DNA of 64,000 nt from an uncultured Candidatus Saccharibacteria bacterium (GCA_964565615.1 CAZMFO010000002.1:16824-80823), one strand, 5' to 3'; shown: positions 20,479-30,306, counted from the stretch's first letter. The notes: generated by a model from the letters alone, not told the origin. Numbers and translations are program-made.

Positions 20479-21209
20479 AGGAGGACGTTCCTCCTAAAAG
20501 TATAAAAGATTGTATAATATATTTTGCAGTGCTATCATAACTGATATGCCAAGTCGTAATGTTATTAAAATCGACATAGCTGACGGTTACTATCATGTCT
20601 ACGCGCGAGGGCACAGCAAATCAGAAATTTTCATTGACGACGCTGATTACAATTATTTTGCAAAACTCCTTGCGCGCTATTTATCAAAAAAGCCAGCCCT
20701 CGATAAATATCAAGTACCATATACACACTTGTATGGTCGTGTAGATTTACTCTGCTATTGCTTGATGCGTAATCATTTTCACTTATTACTTTATCAGCAC
20801 GAAGAAGGCGCAATGCAAAAGCTTATGCGAGGCGTAATGGGTAGCTATTCGCATTACTTTAATAACAAATACAACAGAACTGGATCATTGTTCGAGACTC
20901 GTTATAAAGCTTCTTTAATATCTAGCCAACAATATATAGAACATATCTCGCGTTATATACACCTTAATAGAAAGCAATGGCAGACTACACCCTACAGTAG
21001 CATTGGTTACTATTTATCTGGTCAAAAAGCAGAGTGGATTCATCCAGACTCTGTCTTGGCGATATTTAACAACGATAGGGAAGAATACAAAAAATTTCTA
21101 GCAGATTATGTAGATTACAAGGACAAGCTTGACGAAATAAAGTACGAACTAGCAAACACTATACTATAACATAAAAACCCCTTTCAGGAGGACAGTCCTC
21201 CTGAAAGGG
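20479..21209 (+). mobile_element. REPtron-like unit: RayT-type transposase gene flanked by AGGAGGA-NNN-TCCTCCT palindromes
   Basis: Palindrome aggaggaCGTtcctcct at 20479-20495 and ccctttcaggaggaCAGtcctcctgaaaggg at 21179-21209 bracket the HUH transposase ORF. Confidence 0.6.
20546..21169 (+). CDS. IS200/IS605-like Y1 (HUH) transposase, REP-associated RayT type
   Basis: HUH motif in CYCLMRNHFHLLL and the catalytic-Tyr region SRYIHLN; start set to the ATG at 20546 (MPSRN). Confidence 0.7.
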   Translation: MPSRNVIKIDIADGYYHVYARGHSKSEIFIDDADYNYFAKLLARYLSKKPALDKYQVPYTHLYGRVDLLCYCLMRNHFHLLLYQHEEGAMQKLMRGVMGSYSHYFNNKYNRTGSLFETRYKASLISSQQYIEHISRYIHLNRKQWQTTPYSSIGYYLSGQKAEWIHPDSVLAIFNNDREEYKKFLADYVDYKDKLDEIKYELANTIL

Positions 21210-21223
21210 TAAGTTGGTGTATT

Positions 21224-22027
21224 ATGGTATGGATGATTACGCTTATCTTATTTATTTTTGGTCTTATTTTTGGCAGTTTTGTTAACGCCTATGTTTGGCG
21301 ATTTAAAAAACACAAAAACTGGGTAAGCGAGCGTTCTATTTGCCCTAAATGCAAAAAACAGCTACAAATTATTGATCTTGTGCCAGTACTTAGTTGGCTG
21401 GCTTTAAAGGGCAAGTGTAGATATTGCAAAAAACCTATATCTGTTCAATATCCTGCCGTCGAGCTACTAACGGCATTACTTTTTGCACTATCTTACATTT
21501 ACTGGCCCTATACTTTTACGCTACTAGGCTGGCTGGCTTTTGTCGTCTGGTTAATTTGTGTCGTTTTATTGATATCGTTGCTTGTTTATGATGCTAAATG
21601 GCAGTTATTACCCAATAAAATGGTGTTTGCTTTAACCGTTAGTGCCACTATTTTAGTTATATTGCTTGCTATTCACCAAAATCAACTATGGTTGTTGGTT
21701 GAGTCAATCATTGCCGGTGGAGCCTTTTTTGCATTTTTTTGGGCTATCTTTATTGTATCTAAAGGCAATATGATCGGCGGTGGCGATGTTAAGTTGGCAG
21801 TATCCCTAGGGCTAATAGTCGGATCGTTGGTTAATGTGTTTTTGGTCGTATTTTTGTCGTCCTCACTCGGTACGCTTATAGTTCTACCATTTTTAGTAAC
21901 AAAAAAGCTTAATCAAAAATCAAAAATACCTTTTGGTTCTCTATTAGCTGTGGCAACAATAATTGTCTTTTTGTTTAATAGGCAAATTATTGATTGGTAC
22001 AGCAAAACCTTCCTGTTGATAAATTAG
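21224..22027 (+). CDS. pilD: prepilin peptidase (A24 family) PilD
   Basis: CPKC...CRYC zinc-type motif, multiple TMs, GGGDVKL active-site aspartate context. Confidence 0.85.
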   Translation: MVWMITLILFIFGLIFGSFVNAYVWRFKKHKNWVSERSICPKCKKQLQIIDLVPVLSWLALKGKCRYCKKPISVQYPAVELLTALLFALSYIYWPYTFTLLGWLAFVVWLICVVLLISLLVYDAKWQLLPNKMVFALTVSATILVILLAIHQNQLWLLVESIIAGGAFFAFFWAIFIVSKGNMIGGGDVKLAVSLGLIVGSLVNVFLVVFLSSSLGTLIVLPFLVTKKLNQKSKIPFGSLLAVATIIVFLFNRQIIDWYSKTFLLIN

Positions 22028-22048
22028 TGCTTATGTTATAATTTTTTT

Positions 22049-22885
22049 ATGATTCGTGGTCTTGAACGAAGCTCGGGTGGGTTTACTATACTAGAAACCA
22101 TCATTGTTTTAACTGTTATGTCGGTATTATTAGCCAGTACATTATTACTGTTTCAGCAACGAGTGTCTCGGACGCAATTTACTAAATCGTTAAACGAACT
22201 AACAACACAGATGTCAGACATCAGCAATCAGGTTATTAGCGGGCATTACCCAAAAACTAACCAATACGCATGCGTAAATGGCATTATAGATACATTAAAT
22301 AGTGATGAACAAGGTCAAAATGAGAACTGTCTTTTTCTTGGGCAAGCAATTAAATTTGGTTATTCTGGATGCAAAAATTCTGGCAACGAGTGCGATAAAC
22401 TTAGGGTTTATACGGTTTTTGGTAGGCGCTTAAATGGTGCCAGCATTGCAAAGTCGTTGATAGAGGCAGATGCCAAGATTAGCCCAGATTTTGGTGTGCA
22501 AGATTATACAAATGGTTATGGCTTAAGCGTAGAAAAAGTGTTTGTGGGTGCTGACGAATACGGCGGGGTAGCATATTTGCAGTCTTTTGGGTCAGACATA
22601 GGAGGAGGTCAGCTAAACGGCGCACCACAAATTACAATTGCTCCTATAGGGCCGGGGACGACAGTAAACAGTGCTTATTCTGTCTTTGAAAGTACATCGT
22701 TACCGGCAGGTTTTGCAAGTACCATCGGCTCATTAAACCCTCAAATTGGTATTACGTTGTGTGTAAAAAGCGGAACTACCGATCAGTATGCGCTAGTGAT
22801 ACTTGGTGCTAACGGCAATGCTATGAGTGTAGAGAAGCAGATAGTTAATGAAAGTGAATGGAATGGCAAATGTTTAATTCCATAA
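22049..22885 (+). CDS. minor pilin (prepilin-type N-terminal cleavage/methylation domain)
   Basis: Leader ...RSSGG|FTILETIIVLTVM. Confidence 0.7.
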   Translation: MIRGLERSSGGFTILETIIVLTVMSVLLASTLLLFQQRVSRTQFTKSLNELTTQMSDISNQVISGHYPKTNQYACVNGIIDTLNSDEQGQNENCLFLGQAIKFGYSGCKNSGNECDKLRVYTVFGRRLNGASIAKSLIEADAKISPDFGVQDYTNGYGLSVEKVFVGADEYGGVAYLQSFGSDIGGGQLNGAPQITIAPIGPGTTVNSAYSVFESTSLPAGFASTIGSLNPQIGITLCVKSGTTDQYALVILGANGNAMSVEKQIVNESEWNGKCLIP

Positions 22886-23457
22886 GAAAGTTAAGTAGCC
22901 AAGGCGACACCATAGTAGAGGTAATGATAGCCCTAACCGTGTTAATGGTTGTGTTAGGGGGAGGCTATTCAATTGCCACTCGTAGCTTAAACGGTGTACA
23001 AATTGCAAAAGAGCGTAGCGAAGCAACAAAGATTGCCGAGGGGCAACTAGAGGCTATTAATTGGAAGGTGCAAAATGTAGGTAACGTTGTTGAGCTTTAT
23101 AACGCAGGGTATATTGGCGCAGTAGGTGGGAACTGGGATTCAATTGGCCTATCGACTACCCCTCCGTCTAAAAGTTTTTGTGTAAATACATCTAACCTTG
23201 TAGCAACATCAAATGACGACCTCAACATCCCCCCAACTATCGATCCTGATACTTTCGAGGACGAGTGTAAGCAAGGTACAAACGGAAACGGCAGGTATCA
23301 TATAGCGGTTACTACAGAACTAAAATTACTTGGCTTTAATGCCGATGCTTCGGCAGATAAAAAACAGTTAACTTATAAAGTTCTTGTTTTATGGGAGCGT
23401 TCTGGTGGCGGCCCAACAGAAAAGGTAGAAATACAAGATAGGTACGTAGCAGAATGA
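22870..23457 (+). CDS. minor pilin-like protein
   Basis: ...SSQG|DTIVEVMIALTVL with Glu at +5; start uncertain (22858 or 22870). Confidence 0.6.
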   Translation: MFNSIRKLSSQGDTIVEVMIALTVLMVVLGGGYSIATRSLNGVQIAKERSEATKIAEGQLEAINWKVQNVGNVVELYNAGYIGAVGGNWDSIGLSTTPPSKSFCVNTSNLVATSNDDLNIPPTIDPDTFEDECKQGTNGNGRYHIAVTTELKLLGFNADASADKKQLTYKVLVLWERSGGGPTEKVEIQDRYVAE

Positions 23458-24122
23458 GTATTATAGGCAAGAATCAGATTGGTTTTACGATAATAGAGTT
23501 ATTAATAGCCTCTACTGTATTTTCGTTCGTTGTTTTGGGGGCAAGTATGGTTATTATTCAGATAAGTCGTCTGTACTATAAAGGTATGGTTATATCTAAT
23601 ACCCATGCCTTAGCTAGTAATTTACTTGATACAGTTACTAGGTCTATACAGTACGAAAGCACAACAGTTAATTCTCCTAACTCTCCCGGCTCCATAGATA
23701 TTGATGGCGTACCCAAAGAAGTCAAAGTTGTTTGCATAGGAGATATTAGATATACCTTTGTTGACGGTGTTAAGCAAGGTTCGGGGTCAAAAGATATTAA
23801 ACATACTATGTGGCGAGATAAAATTACAAATAGCAATCAATGTAATGTTTCTTTGCCCGCGTTAAATGATCCTTACTTGTCAGGCGATCAAAATAGCTAT
23901 GATGTCCTTGCAGAAAATATGCGAGTAGTAGATTTTTTGGTAGATCCAATATATTTTGGTTCTGTCCCGACTGGCTTGTATAAGGTAGATCTAAAAATAA
24001 TCTATGGTGATGACGACTTAATAGATCTTGGTGCTGGTGGTAATTGCAAAGGGCAGGTAGCCGGTAGCCAATGGTGTTCTGTAGTAGATTATTCAACAGT
24101 TGTCTTTAAACGAATTAATTAA
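23454..24122 (+). CDS. minor pilin (prepilin-type N-terminal domain)
   Basis: ...KNQIG|FTIIELLIASTVF; ATGA overlap with the upstream gene. Confidence 0.7.
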   Translation: MSIIGKNQIGFTIIELLIASTVFSFVVLGASMVIIQISRLYYKGMVISNTHALASNLLDTVTRSIQYESTTVNSPNSPGSIDIDGVPKEVKVVCIGDIRYTFVDGVKQGSGSKDIKHTMWRDKITNSNQCNVSLPALNDPYLSGDQNSYDVLAENMRVVDFLVDPIYFGSVPTGLYKVDLKIIYGDDDLIDLGAGGNCKGQVAGSQWCSVVDYSTVVFKRIN

Positions 24123-24144
24123 TGGTGTATAGTAATATCTAAGC

Positions 24145-26016
24145 ATGAGCAAAATAACGGCAGGAGAAATACGCAATAATCAACAGGGGTTAGTGTCTGT
24201 TACTGTAACCTTGGTTATTATGATTGTTGTTACTTTGATAGTTAGTAGCTTTGCTTTGATTGTTCGGCGCGAACAGCGCCGTACTTTAGACCGTCAGCTT
24301 AGTGCTCAGGCTTTTTATGCTGCAGAAGCAGGAATAGCGGATGCTAGGTCGGCACTGTTAAAGAATGCTGGTGCTATCGGTGATGTAACCGTATGTGATG
24401 GTAATGATAGTTTTGAAAAAAAGTCACAGGGCCTTGGAAACGATTCGGGTGCCCCGTTTACAAATCCTCCGTACAGCAGTAATCTAGGCGACAACGTTAG
24501 TTACTCGTGCGTTTTAATAAACCAAGTGCTTCCTGACTACGATAAGCAAAATGTTGATCCTAAGGATGGGTCTTTTGTGGCATCCATCAATGGGGGAAGT
24601 GCAAGTTCAATTAATAGCCTACGTATTAGTTGGCATAATAACGACAACGCGCCTATTACTCATTCTGACTCAAGCTATAATTTAAACAATGTAATAGATG
24701 GCCCAATGCTTAGAGTAACGATTTTCCCAGGGTTTAATAATGGAGGTTCTCCTTCGGTTCCTTTGACTAAATCCACAATAGAGAACGGGTCGCACACTAT
24801 GTTCTTGTATCCTAATTTCAAAGCACCGCCTGTTATTCCTGCTAGTATCACCTATTTAGGTGCCAATGGTGGTGTAAACTCAACCGATCCTAGTCAGGGG
24901 CAGTTTGTAGATGGTAATTGCAATAACGACAACATAGGTAATGATGTCGGCGGTAAGTCATCTAAGTACGCTTGCAACATAGACATTACTGGTTTAGGCC
25001 AACAAGAATACTTTGTTGTTGTTCAACCTCTTTATAAGACTGCCAAAGTATCAATATCAGCTTATAATGCCACAGGTGATGCTATAAATCTAGAAGGTGG
25101 TCAGGCAGAGATTGACGTTACTGGTCGTGCATCAGATGTGTTAAGGCGTATTAAGGTTCGTGTTCCGATAGATGGAGGCTTAAGTATTGGTGATTTTGAT
25201 GGTTTGTTCCCAGATGCAGTAATCTCTACGACAGATGCTTTATGTAAAAAACTAGTAGTAGGTAGTACATCTGTTTTGGATGAATGTACAAATACTAATA
25301 TGACGATAAGTGGTCCGCCTCCTCCACCACCTCCTCCATCTCCACCGCCTCCACCACCACCTTGTGTTGCCAATAATTCACAAGGTTACGTTAATTATGG
25401 TAGTGCTCCAAGGGTCAGCAGTTCGAGAAGAGGTAGCTTTAATGCCTCTGGACATAGTTTAGGAACAGTAGCTGTTGGTTACGATATTAGTGCCAATAAT
25501 TTTGAAAGATTTCGTCGGGAACCAAGCGGTGTCTTTACCAGTACTGACTCTGGCTCCTATAGAGCTATGGGTTATAGTGGGGGGACTCCATCTCCACTAT
25601 TCTTGTCCCGAGAGGGGAGCAATGCACAGACAGTTACTCATACCTTTTCTAGCCCTAAATCTAACTTTGACTTAATTTTATATGATATTGATGACGGTAG
25701 CGACCAAATGCAAATTTCTGCAAGAGACGGTAACGGCAATCCTTTAAGTATGTCAAACTTTGAGGTTGCCGGGGACGGCGATGCAACATCTGGTACGGGT
25801 AATACTCCAAGCGGTTCAGTAGCACGAGCTCCGAGTTGGAACGCTGGTAGTGGCGTGCTTCGCACTAGAGATGGCAATAATCAAAACCGAAGCTTCACAT
25901 CTCTTAGACCCCGTGCAGGTGTTAAGGTGTCTTCGATTACTGTGCGATATACCTCAGGCGCAAGTGGGGCACACGCTTACGTAGCTATGTACGCTCGTCG
26001 GCTGACTTGTCCATAA
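24145..26016 (+). CDS. PilX-N-type large pilus-associated protein with a poly-proline linker
   Basis: N-terminal QQGLVSVTVTLVIMIVVTLIV...AFYAAEAGI (PilX_N-like), a PPPPPPPPSPPPPPPP tract, and a distinct ~230-aa C-terminal region. Confidence 0.55.
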   Translation: MSKITAGEIRNNQQGLVSVTVTLVIMIVVTLIVSSFALIVRREQRRTLDRQLSAQAFYAAEAGIADARSALLKNAGAIGDVTVCDGNDSFEKKSQGLGNDSGAPFTNPPYSSNLGDNVSYSCVLINQVLPDYDKQNVDPKDGSFVASINGGSASSINSLRISWHNNDNAPITHSDSSYNLNNVIDGPMLRVTIFPGFNNGGSPSVPLTKSTIENGSHTMFLYPNFKAPPVIPASITYLGANGGVNSTDPSQGQFVDGNCNNDNIGNDVGGKSSKYACNIDITGLGQQEYFVVVQPLYKTAKVSISAYNATGDAINLEGGQAEIDVTGRASDVLRRIKVRVPIDGGLSIGDFDGLFPDAVISTTDALCKKLVVGSTSVLDECTNTNMTISGPPPPPPPPSPPPPPPPCVANNSQGYVNYGSAPRVSSSRRGSFNASGHSLGTVAVGYDISANNFERFRREPSGVFTSTDSGSYRAMGYSGGTPSPLFLSREGSNAQTVTHTFSSPKSNFDLILYDIDDGSDQMQISARDGNGNPLSMSNFEVAGDGDATSGTGNTPSGSVARAPSWNAGSGVLRTRDGNNQNRSFTSLRPRAGVKVSSITVRYTSGASGAHAYVAMYARRLTCP

Positions 26017-26105
26017 AAAAATAGTCTTTCGTGCATCTAAAAAATAGCTAATAAATAAGTGTTACTTATATAGCCCTTAGGTGTGTTTAGCTAGCCGAAC
26101 TAATG

Positions 26106-27041
26106 CTATGTATTATTTGAATGGAATTGTTTATGAACCTCTTTTAGGTGTTTGTCGGTAACATGAGTATAAATCTGAGTTGTAGCAATGTTGCTATGTC
26201 CTAGCATTGCTTGGACACTTCGTAGATCTGCTCCATTACGAAGAAGGTCTGTTGCAAAACTGTGCCGTAGAGTATGAGGAGAGACCTGTTTGGTAATTCC
26301 TGCTAGTCCAGCATAACGAGAAACCATTCTCTGAACACTACGCGACGTTAGGCGCAAGTAGTTGCCAGACCTATCTGCTGGCATTTTTTTGTTACTGTGC
26401 CCGATAAAAAGGGCAGGTATAGTGTCATTTCTTTGTTCGATGTATTGTTCTATCCAAGATGAAGCTTCTGGGCTAATAAAAATCGGTCGGTTTTTTTGAC
26501 CTTTGCCTCTAACCGTAAACTCTCTAGTTTTTAGATTAATATGTTCTTTATTAAGGTTAGTTAATTCGGACACACGAAGCCCACTACTAAACAGTAACTC
26601 TAGTATCGCACGGTCTCTTAACCCCTGTAGAGCAGATGTATTTGGCTGAGCAAATAATTTATGCAACTCTTCGATAGATAAGAACGAAACTTCGTTTCGG
26701 CTATTTTTAGCCAGTTCAATTTTATCAGCCGAAAGAGTTTGTATATCGCGTTTAGTGCACCACTTTAAAAAGCTCCTTAAAGCGATTAAATGATAGTTAA
26801 CAGTGCTTTTCTTTAGCTCGTCATTGACATTAGTGCCAAGTCTATTTAGCCATAGTCTCCATTTACGGATTAATTCTGGTGATATATCCTTAACCGCAAT
26901 GTCTCCAGCATAATCTTCTATTCTAGTTAAGTAATGATCGTAATTGTCTATTGTTTTTAATGATCGACCTTGCTCAATTTCTAGATATTCTAAAAATTCT
27001 TGTTTTGCATCGCTAAACTTCATACTTATATTGTACGACAT
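26106..27041 (-). CDS. tyrosine recombinase XerC/XerD family
   Basis: RHSFATDLLRNGADLRSVQAMLGHSNIATTQIYTHV C-terminal catalytic signature. Confidence 0.85.
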   Translation of the reverse strand: MSYNISMKFSDAKQEFLEYLEIEQGRSLKTIDNYDHYLTRIEDYAGDIAVKDISPELIRKWRLWLNRLGTNVNDELKKSTVNYHLIALRSFLKWCTKRDIQTLSADKIELAKNSRNEVSFLSIEELHKLFAQPNTSALQGLRDRAILELLFSSGLRVSELTNLNKEHINLKTREFTVRGKGQKNRPIFISPEASSWIEQYIEQRNDTIPALFIGHSNKKMPADRSGNYLRLTSRSVQRMVSRYAGLAGITKQVSPHTLRHSFATDLLRNGADLRSVQAMLGHSNIATTQIYTHVTDKHLKEVHKQFHSNNT

Positions 27042-27107
27042 AAAATGATGACAACAGATAGGATTTCTTGTACAATAAAAACATTAATTATCAATGAAAG
27101 GAATTTG

Positions 27108-27665
27108 ATGGAACGTACTTTAGTTATACTCAAGCCCGATACAATCCAGCGAGCTATTTCTGGCGAGATAATCTCTCGATTTGAAAGAGCAGGGCTAAAA
27201 ATTGTTGGAATGAAGATGATGATACCAGAAATGGAATTATTAAAGACCCACTATCCTGACGATCTTATTCCGATTATTGGCAATAAGACCAAAGAAGATT
27301 GGGATGCTTACGGCGTTGAATATAGCGAAACAGTTGAAGAAATTGGTGATATCATTGTTGATGCAACTCGTAAATTTATGCGGAGTGCTCCGGTTGTAGC
27401 TATGGTGCTGGAGGGTGGTCATGCGGTTGAGATTGTACGAAAAATGGTTGGATCGACTGGCCCAAAAGATTCTGCACCCGGTACCATCAGGGGTGATTAT
27501 GCTCATCTGAGCTTAGGTAGGGCATCTCTAAAAAAGAAAGGTGCCGCAAATATTGTTCACGCCTCTGGTACGGTAGAAGAAGCAAAGAATGAAATAAATA
27601 TGTGGTTCGAAAAGAAAGAGCTCTTTAATTATAAGACTGTACACGAAGGACTGACAGAAGCTTAA
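27108..27665 (+). CDS. ndk: nucleoside diphosphate kinase
   Basis: MERTLVILKPD...ISRFERAGLKIVGMK...NIVHASG (active-site His context); start moved to the ATG at 27108. Confidence 0.85.
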   Translation: MERTLVILKPDTIQRAISGEIISRFERAGLKIVGMKMMIPEMELLKTHYPDDLIPIIGNKTKEDWDAYGVEYSETVEEIGDIIVDATRKFMRSAPVVAMVLEGGHAVEIVRKMVGSTGPKDSAPGTIRGDYAHLSLGRASLKKKGAANIVHASGTVEEAKNEINMWFEKKELFNYKTVHEGLTEA

Positions 27666-27713
27666 GTTGATAATTGCTTGCAGGTAGGGGGGACAAATTG
27701 TGTAAAGGTTTAT

Positions 27714-27789
27714 GGCCCGGTAGTTCAACGGATAGAACACCACCGTCCTAAGGTGGGTGTTGGGGGTTCGAGTCCCTCCCGGGTCACCA
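27714..27789 (+). tRNA. tRNA-Arg (anticodon CCU), CCA encoded
   Basis: Hand-folded cloverleaf: acceptor ggcccgg/ccgggtc, anticodon stem ccacc/ggtgg, loop gtCCTaa, T-loop ttcgagt. Confidence 0.85.
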
Positions 27790-27864
27790 GCAGTAAAGGA
27801 AGCACCCCTATCTATCGGTTGACTATAATTAGGTTTATGCTTATTCGGAATGTAAAATATAGTT

Positions 27865-28443
27865 ATGGTAAAGAAGAAGGGCGCTAAGTCTAAGAAGGAC
27901 TTTGCTGATCAGTTTGATGACGAAGAGGTACTATTTTTGTTCAGAAAACACCCAATCGTGATGCGGAAAGGATTGGTTATTTCAATGTTGGCAATTTTGC
28001 TAGGCACCATTCCTGCACTTATCAAACCAGAGATGTCATATTTTTACGGAGGGTTAGCTGGGGGCTTTGTTTTGGCTATCATTTTATTTATACCATCGTG
28101 GATAATCTGGTGGTACAGTGTGTTTATTGTTACAAATCAACGATTAATACAAATCACCCAGAAAGGGTTTTTTAATCGTTCGGTTGTTGATTTAGGGCTT
28201 AAAAAAATACTGGCAACTAGTTACGAAGTTAAGGGTGTGCAAGCAACGATATTAGGATTTGGTACAATAATGATACAAACATATATGGGAGATTTAATTA
28301 TTCACGAGATTCATCATCCAGCAGAAGTTATCAAACGCATTACTGAGGTGCTTCGTTCTGAAGGAATAGAGGCAGAGGAGGTGAACCCACAGGATATTAA
28401 ACAAAATAAGGAGTACGATGAAGAAGATCTCGAAGAAATTTAG
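27865..28443 (+). CDS. membrane protein with a bacterial PH (bPH_2/YdbS-like) domain
   Basis: FLFRKHPIVM..., two TM helices, then a PH-like region and an acidic tail. Confidence 0.45.
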   Translation: MVKKKGAKSKKDFADQFDDEEVLFLFRKHPIVMRKGLVISMLAILLGTIPALIKPEMSYFYGGLAGGFVLAIILFIPSWIIWWYSVFIVTNQRLIQITQKGFFNRSVVDLGLKKILATSYEVKGVQATILGFGTIMIQTYMGDLIIHEIHHPAEVIKRITEVLRSEGIEAEEVNPQDIKQNKEYDEEDLEEI

Positions 28444-29512
28444 AAGATTAAGGCTCAAAAAAAAGTCTGATACTTTGCCACTACAAGAAGTGCCAAAAAT
28501 TACTAACGAAACAGTTGCCGAACACCGAGAAGAGGTCTTGTCTAGTGCTAGAAAATACATATATCCACTCCAACACTCTAAACACAAAATTGTAATTTTA
28601 ACTGTCTCAATCGTCTTAGCAACATTTATTGCCTTTTTTTCTTATTGTGTTCTGGCTCTTTATCGGTTTCAGGCGACTTCAACATTTTTATACAAGGCTA
28701 CACAGGTTATTCCGTTCCCAATTGCTCGTCAAGGTGGGCGATTTATAGCTTACGAAAATTACTTGTTTGAGGTTCGTCGATATAAGCACTATTACGAAAA
28801 TCAACAAAAACTTGATTTTAATACTGACTATGGTCAACAGCAGTTAGCAGAGTATAAAAAGCGTGCATTAGAAAAGGTAATTAACGACGCCTATATTAAA
28901 CAAATTGCCAAAGAGAAGAAGGTTACAGTAAGCGATCGCGAGATAGAAGATCAGATTACATTGCTTCGTAATCAAGAACGCTTGGGTGGGAGTAACGATG
29001 TATTAGAGGATGTATTAGGTGAGTATTTTGGCTGGGATCGGGCAGATTTTAAGCGATACGCTAGAGATAATCTATTACGACAAAAGGTTTTAGCTGTACT
29101 TGACACAGATACGCAGGGTCGTGCTCAAAACGCAAAAGAAGAACTTGATGCTGGTAAAGACTTTGCAGAAGTTGCCAAGAGCTATTCTGACGATGTTACT
29201 ACCAAAGAAAATGGAGGCCTGTTTGGTTTTTTGATAGAGAAGTCAAGCAGAGATATTACTCCTCAAACACTCGAAGCGATTTTTAAGCTTCAGCCTGGAC
29301 AGGTTTCTGGAATAATCAACACGGGCAATTCTCTTGAAATCTATAAACTGATTGAACTTCAAGAATCAAAAAAGGCAAAGGTCGCCCATATCGTCTTTAA
29401 CTTTAAAGATATCAATCAATATCTTAATGATCGTAAAGAACAGACCAAAACGAGGACTTACATTAGCTTGCCAGAGCCACAGGTTGATTCTGTCGCTCCG
29501 CCGAAAAACTAG
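28418..29512 (+). CDS. membrane-anchored parvulin-type peptidyl-prolyl isomerase (PrsA/SurA-like)
   Basis: N-terminal TM; C-terminal PpiC-type pattern SYSDD...NGGLFGF...PGQVSGII. Confidence 0.6.
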   Translation: MKKISKKFRRLRLKKKSDTLPLQEVPKITNETVAEHREEVLSSARKYIYPLQHSKHKIVILTVSIVLATFIAFFSYCVLALYRFQATSTFLYKATQVIPFPIARQGGRFIAYENYLFEVRRYKHYYENQQKLDFNTDYGQQQLAEYKKRALEKVINDAYIKQIAKEKKVTVSDREIEDQITLLRNQERLGGSNDVLEDVLGEYFGWDRADFKRYARDNLLRQKVLAVLDTDTQGRAQNAKEELDAGKDFAEVAKSYSDDVTTKENGGLFGFLIEKSSRDITPQTLEAIFKLQPGQVSGIINTGNSLEIYKLIELQESKKAKVAHIVFNFKDINQYLNDRKEQTKTRTYISLPEPQVDSVAPPKN

Positions 29513-29626
29513 TATTTTACTTTAATTTAGTGTATGATATCGCTACAGGATTCTTAACAAGCCATTAGTTTAGTGAGTGAGTGAAGATGGTCGACCTGAA
29601 GGATTAATAGAAAGGAACTAATCTTA

Positions 29627-29947
29627 ATGGCAAGTAAGTTGTATGTCGGTGGTTTACCATATTCGACAACCGACCAAGAGTTGCAAGAGGTTTTTGCAAG
29701 TTATGGTACGGTAACATATGCTAAGGTGATTACCGATAGAGATACCGGTCGTTCAAAGGGTTTTGGTTTTGTTGAGTTTGAGTCTGAAGAAGAAGCTCAA
29801 TCAGCCACCAAGGCTCTAGACGGTAGCGAACTAGGAGGTCGCAAGATTATCGTAAACGAGGCTAAGCCTCGCGAGGATCGTCCTCGAAACGATAGACCTC
29901 ATTCTGGTGGCGACTTTAATCGAAGTTCGTCATTCCGACAAAGATAA
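29627..29947 (+). CDS. RRM-type RNA-binding protein
   Basis: RNP-2 KLYVGGL and RNP-1 KGFGFVEF motifs. Confidence 0.85.
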   Translation: MASKLYVGGLPYSTTDQELQEVFASYGTVTYAKVITDRDTGRSKGFGFVEFESEEEAQSATKALDGSELGGRKIIVNEAKPREDRPRNDRPHSGGDFNRSSSFRQR

Positions 29948-30021
29948 TTCGGAATATAAGAACCCCAAAGGAGTAATAAACTCAAGAGGGGTTCTTTTTA
30001 TTGGTATGTATAATAATTGAT

Positions 30022-30195
30022 ATGGCCAGCCCTTTAGAGAAAAGCCACTGCAAAAGAAAGGTGCGTTATTCAAATGATGCATCCGCCCAAGAAGCAATAA
30101 AGCGTATTAATCAAAATAAATCTTTGGGTAAGCCCAGACGAGTTTATAAGTGCACAATCTGTAACGGCTGGCATTTATCATCAAAACCTAAATAA
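30022..30195 (+). CDS. small hypothetical protein
   Basis: 57 codons from the ATG at 30022, downstream of a tataat-like box; followed by the hairpin cctac-gctacg-gtagg plus a T-run (30201-30220). Confidence 0.3.
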   Translation: MASPLEKSHCKRKVRYSNDASAQEAIKRINQNKSLGKPRRVYKCTICNGWHLSSKPK

Positions 30196-30229
30196 AAAAA
30201 CCTACGCTACGGTAGGTTTTACTTACACT

Positions 30230-30306
30230 TGGCGGGCTCGACCGGATTCGAACCGGCGATCTCCTCCGTGACAGGGAGGCATGTTAGGCCTCTACACCAC
30301 GAGCCC
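30230..30306 (-). tRNA. tRNA-Asp (anticodon GUC), CCA encoded
   Basis: The reverse complement folds as a cloverleaf: acceptor gggctcg/cgagccc, anticodon stem cctcc/ggagg, loop ctGTCac, T-loop ttcgaat. Confidence 0.9.

Noticed and set aside
25315-25362. CCN-rich nucleotide repeat as a non-coding tandem repeat
   Set aside because: It is in frame within a long ORF and encodes a poly-proline linker.
27678-27887. 69-aa ORF covering tRNA-Arg
   Set aside because: The sequence folds into a canonical tRNA cloverleaf, so the ORF is spurious.
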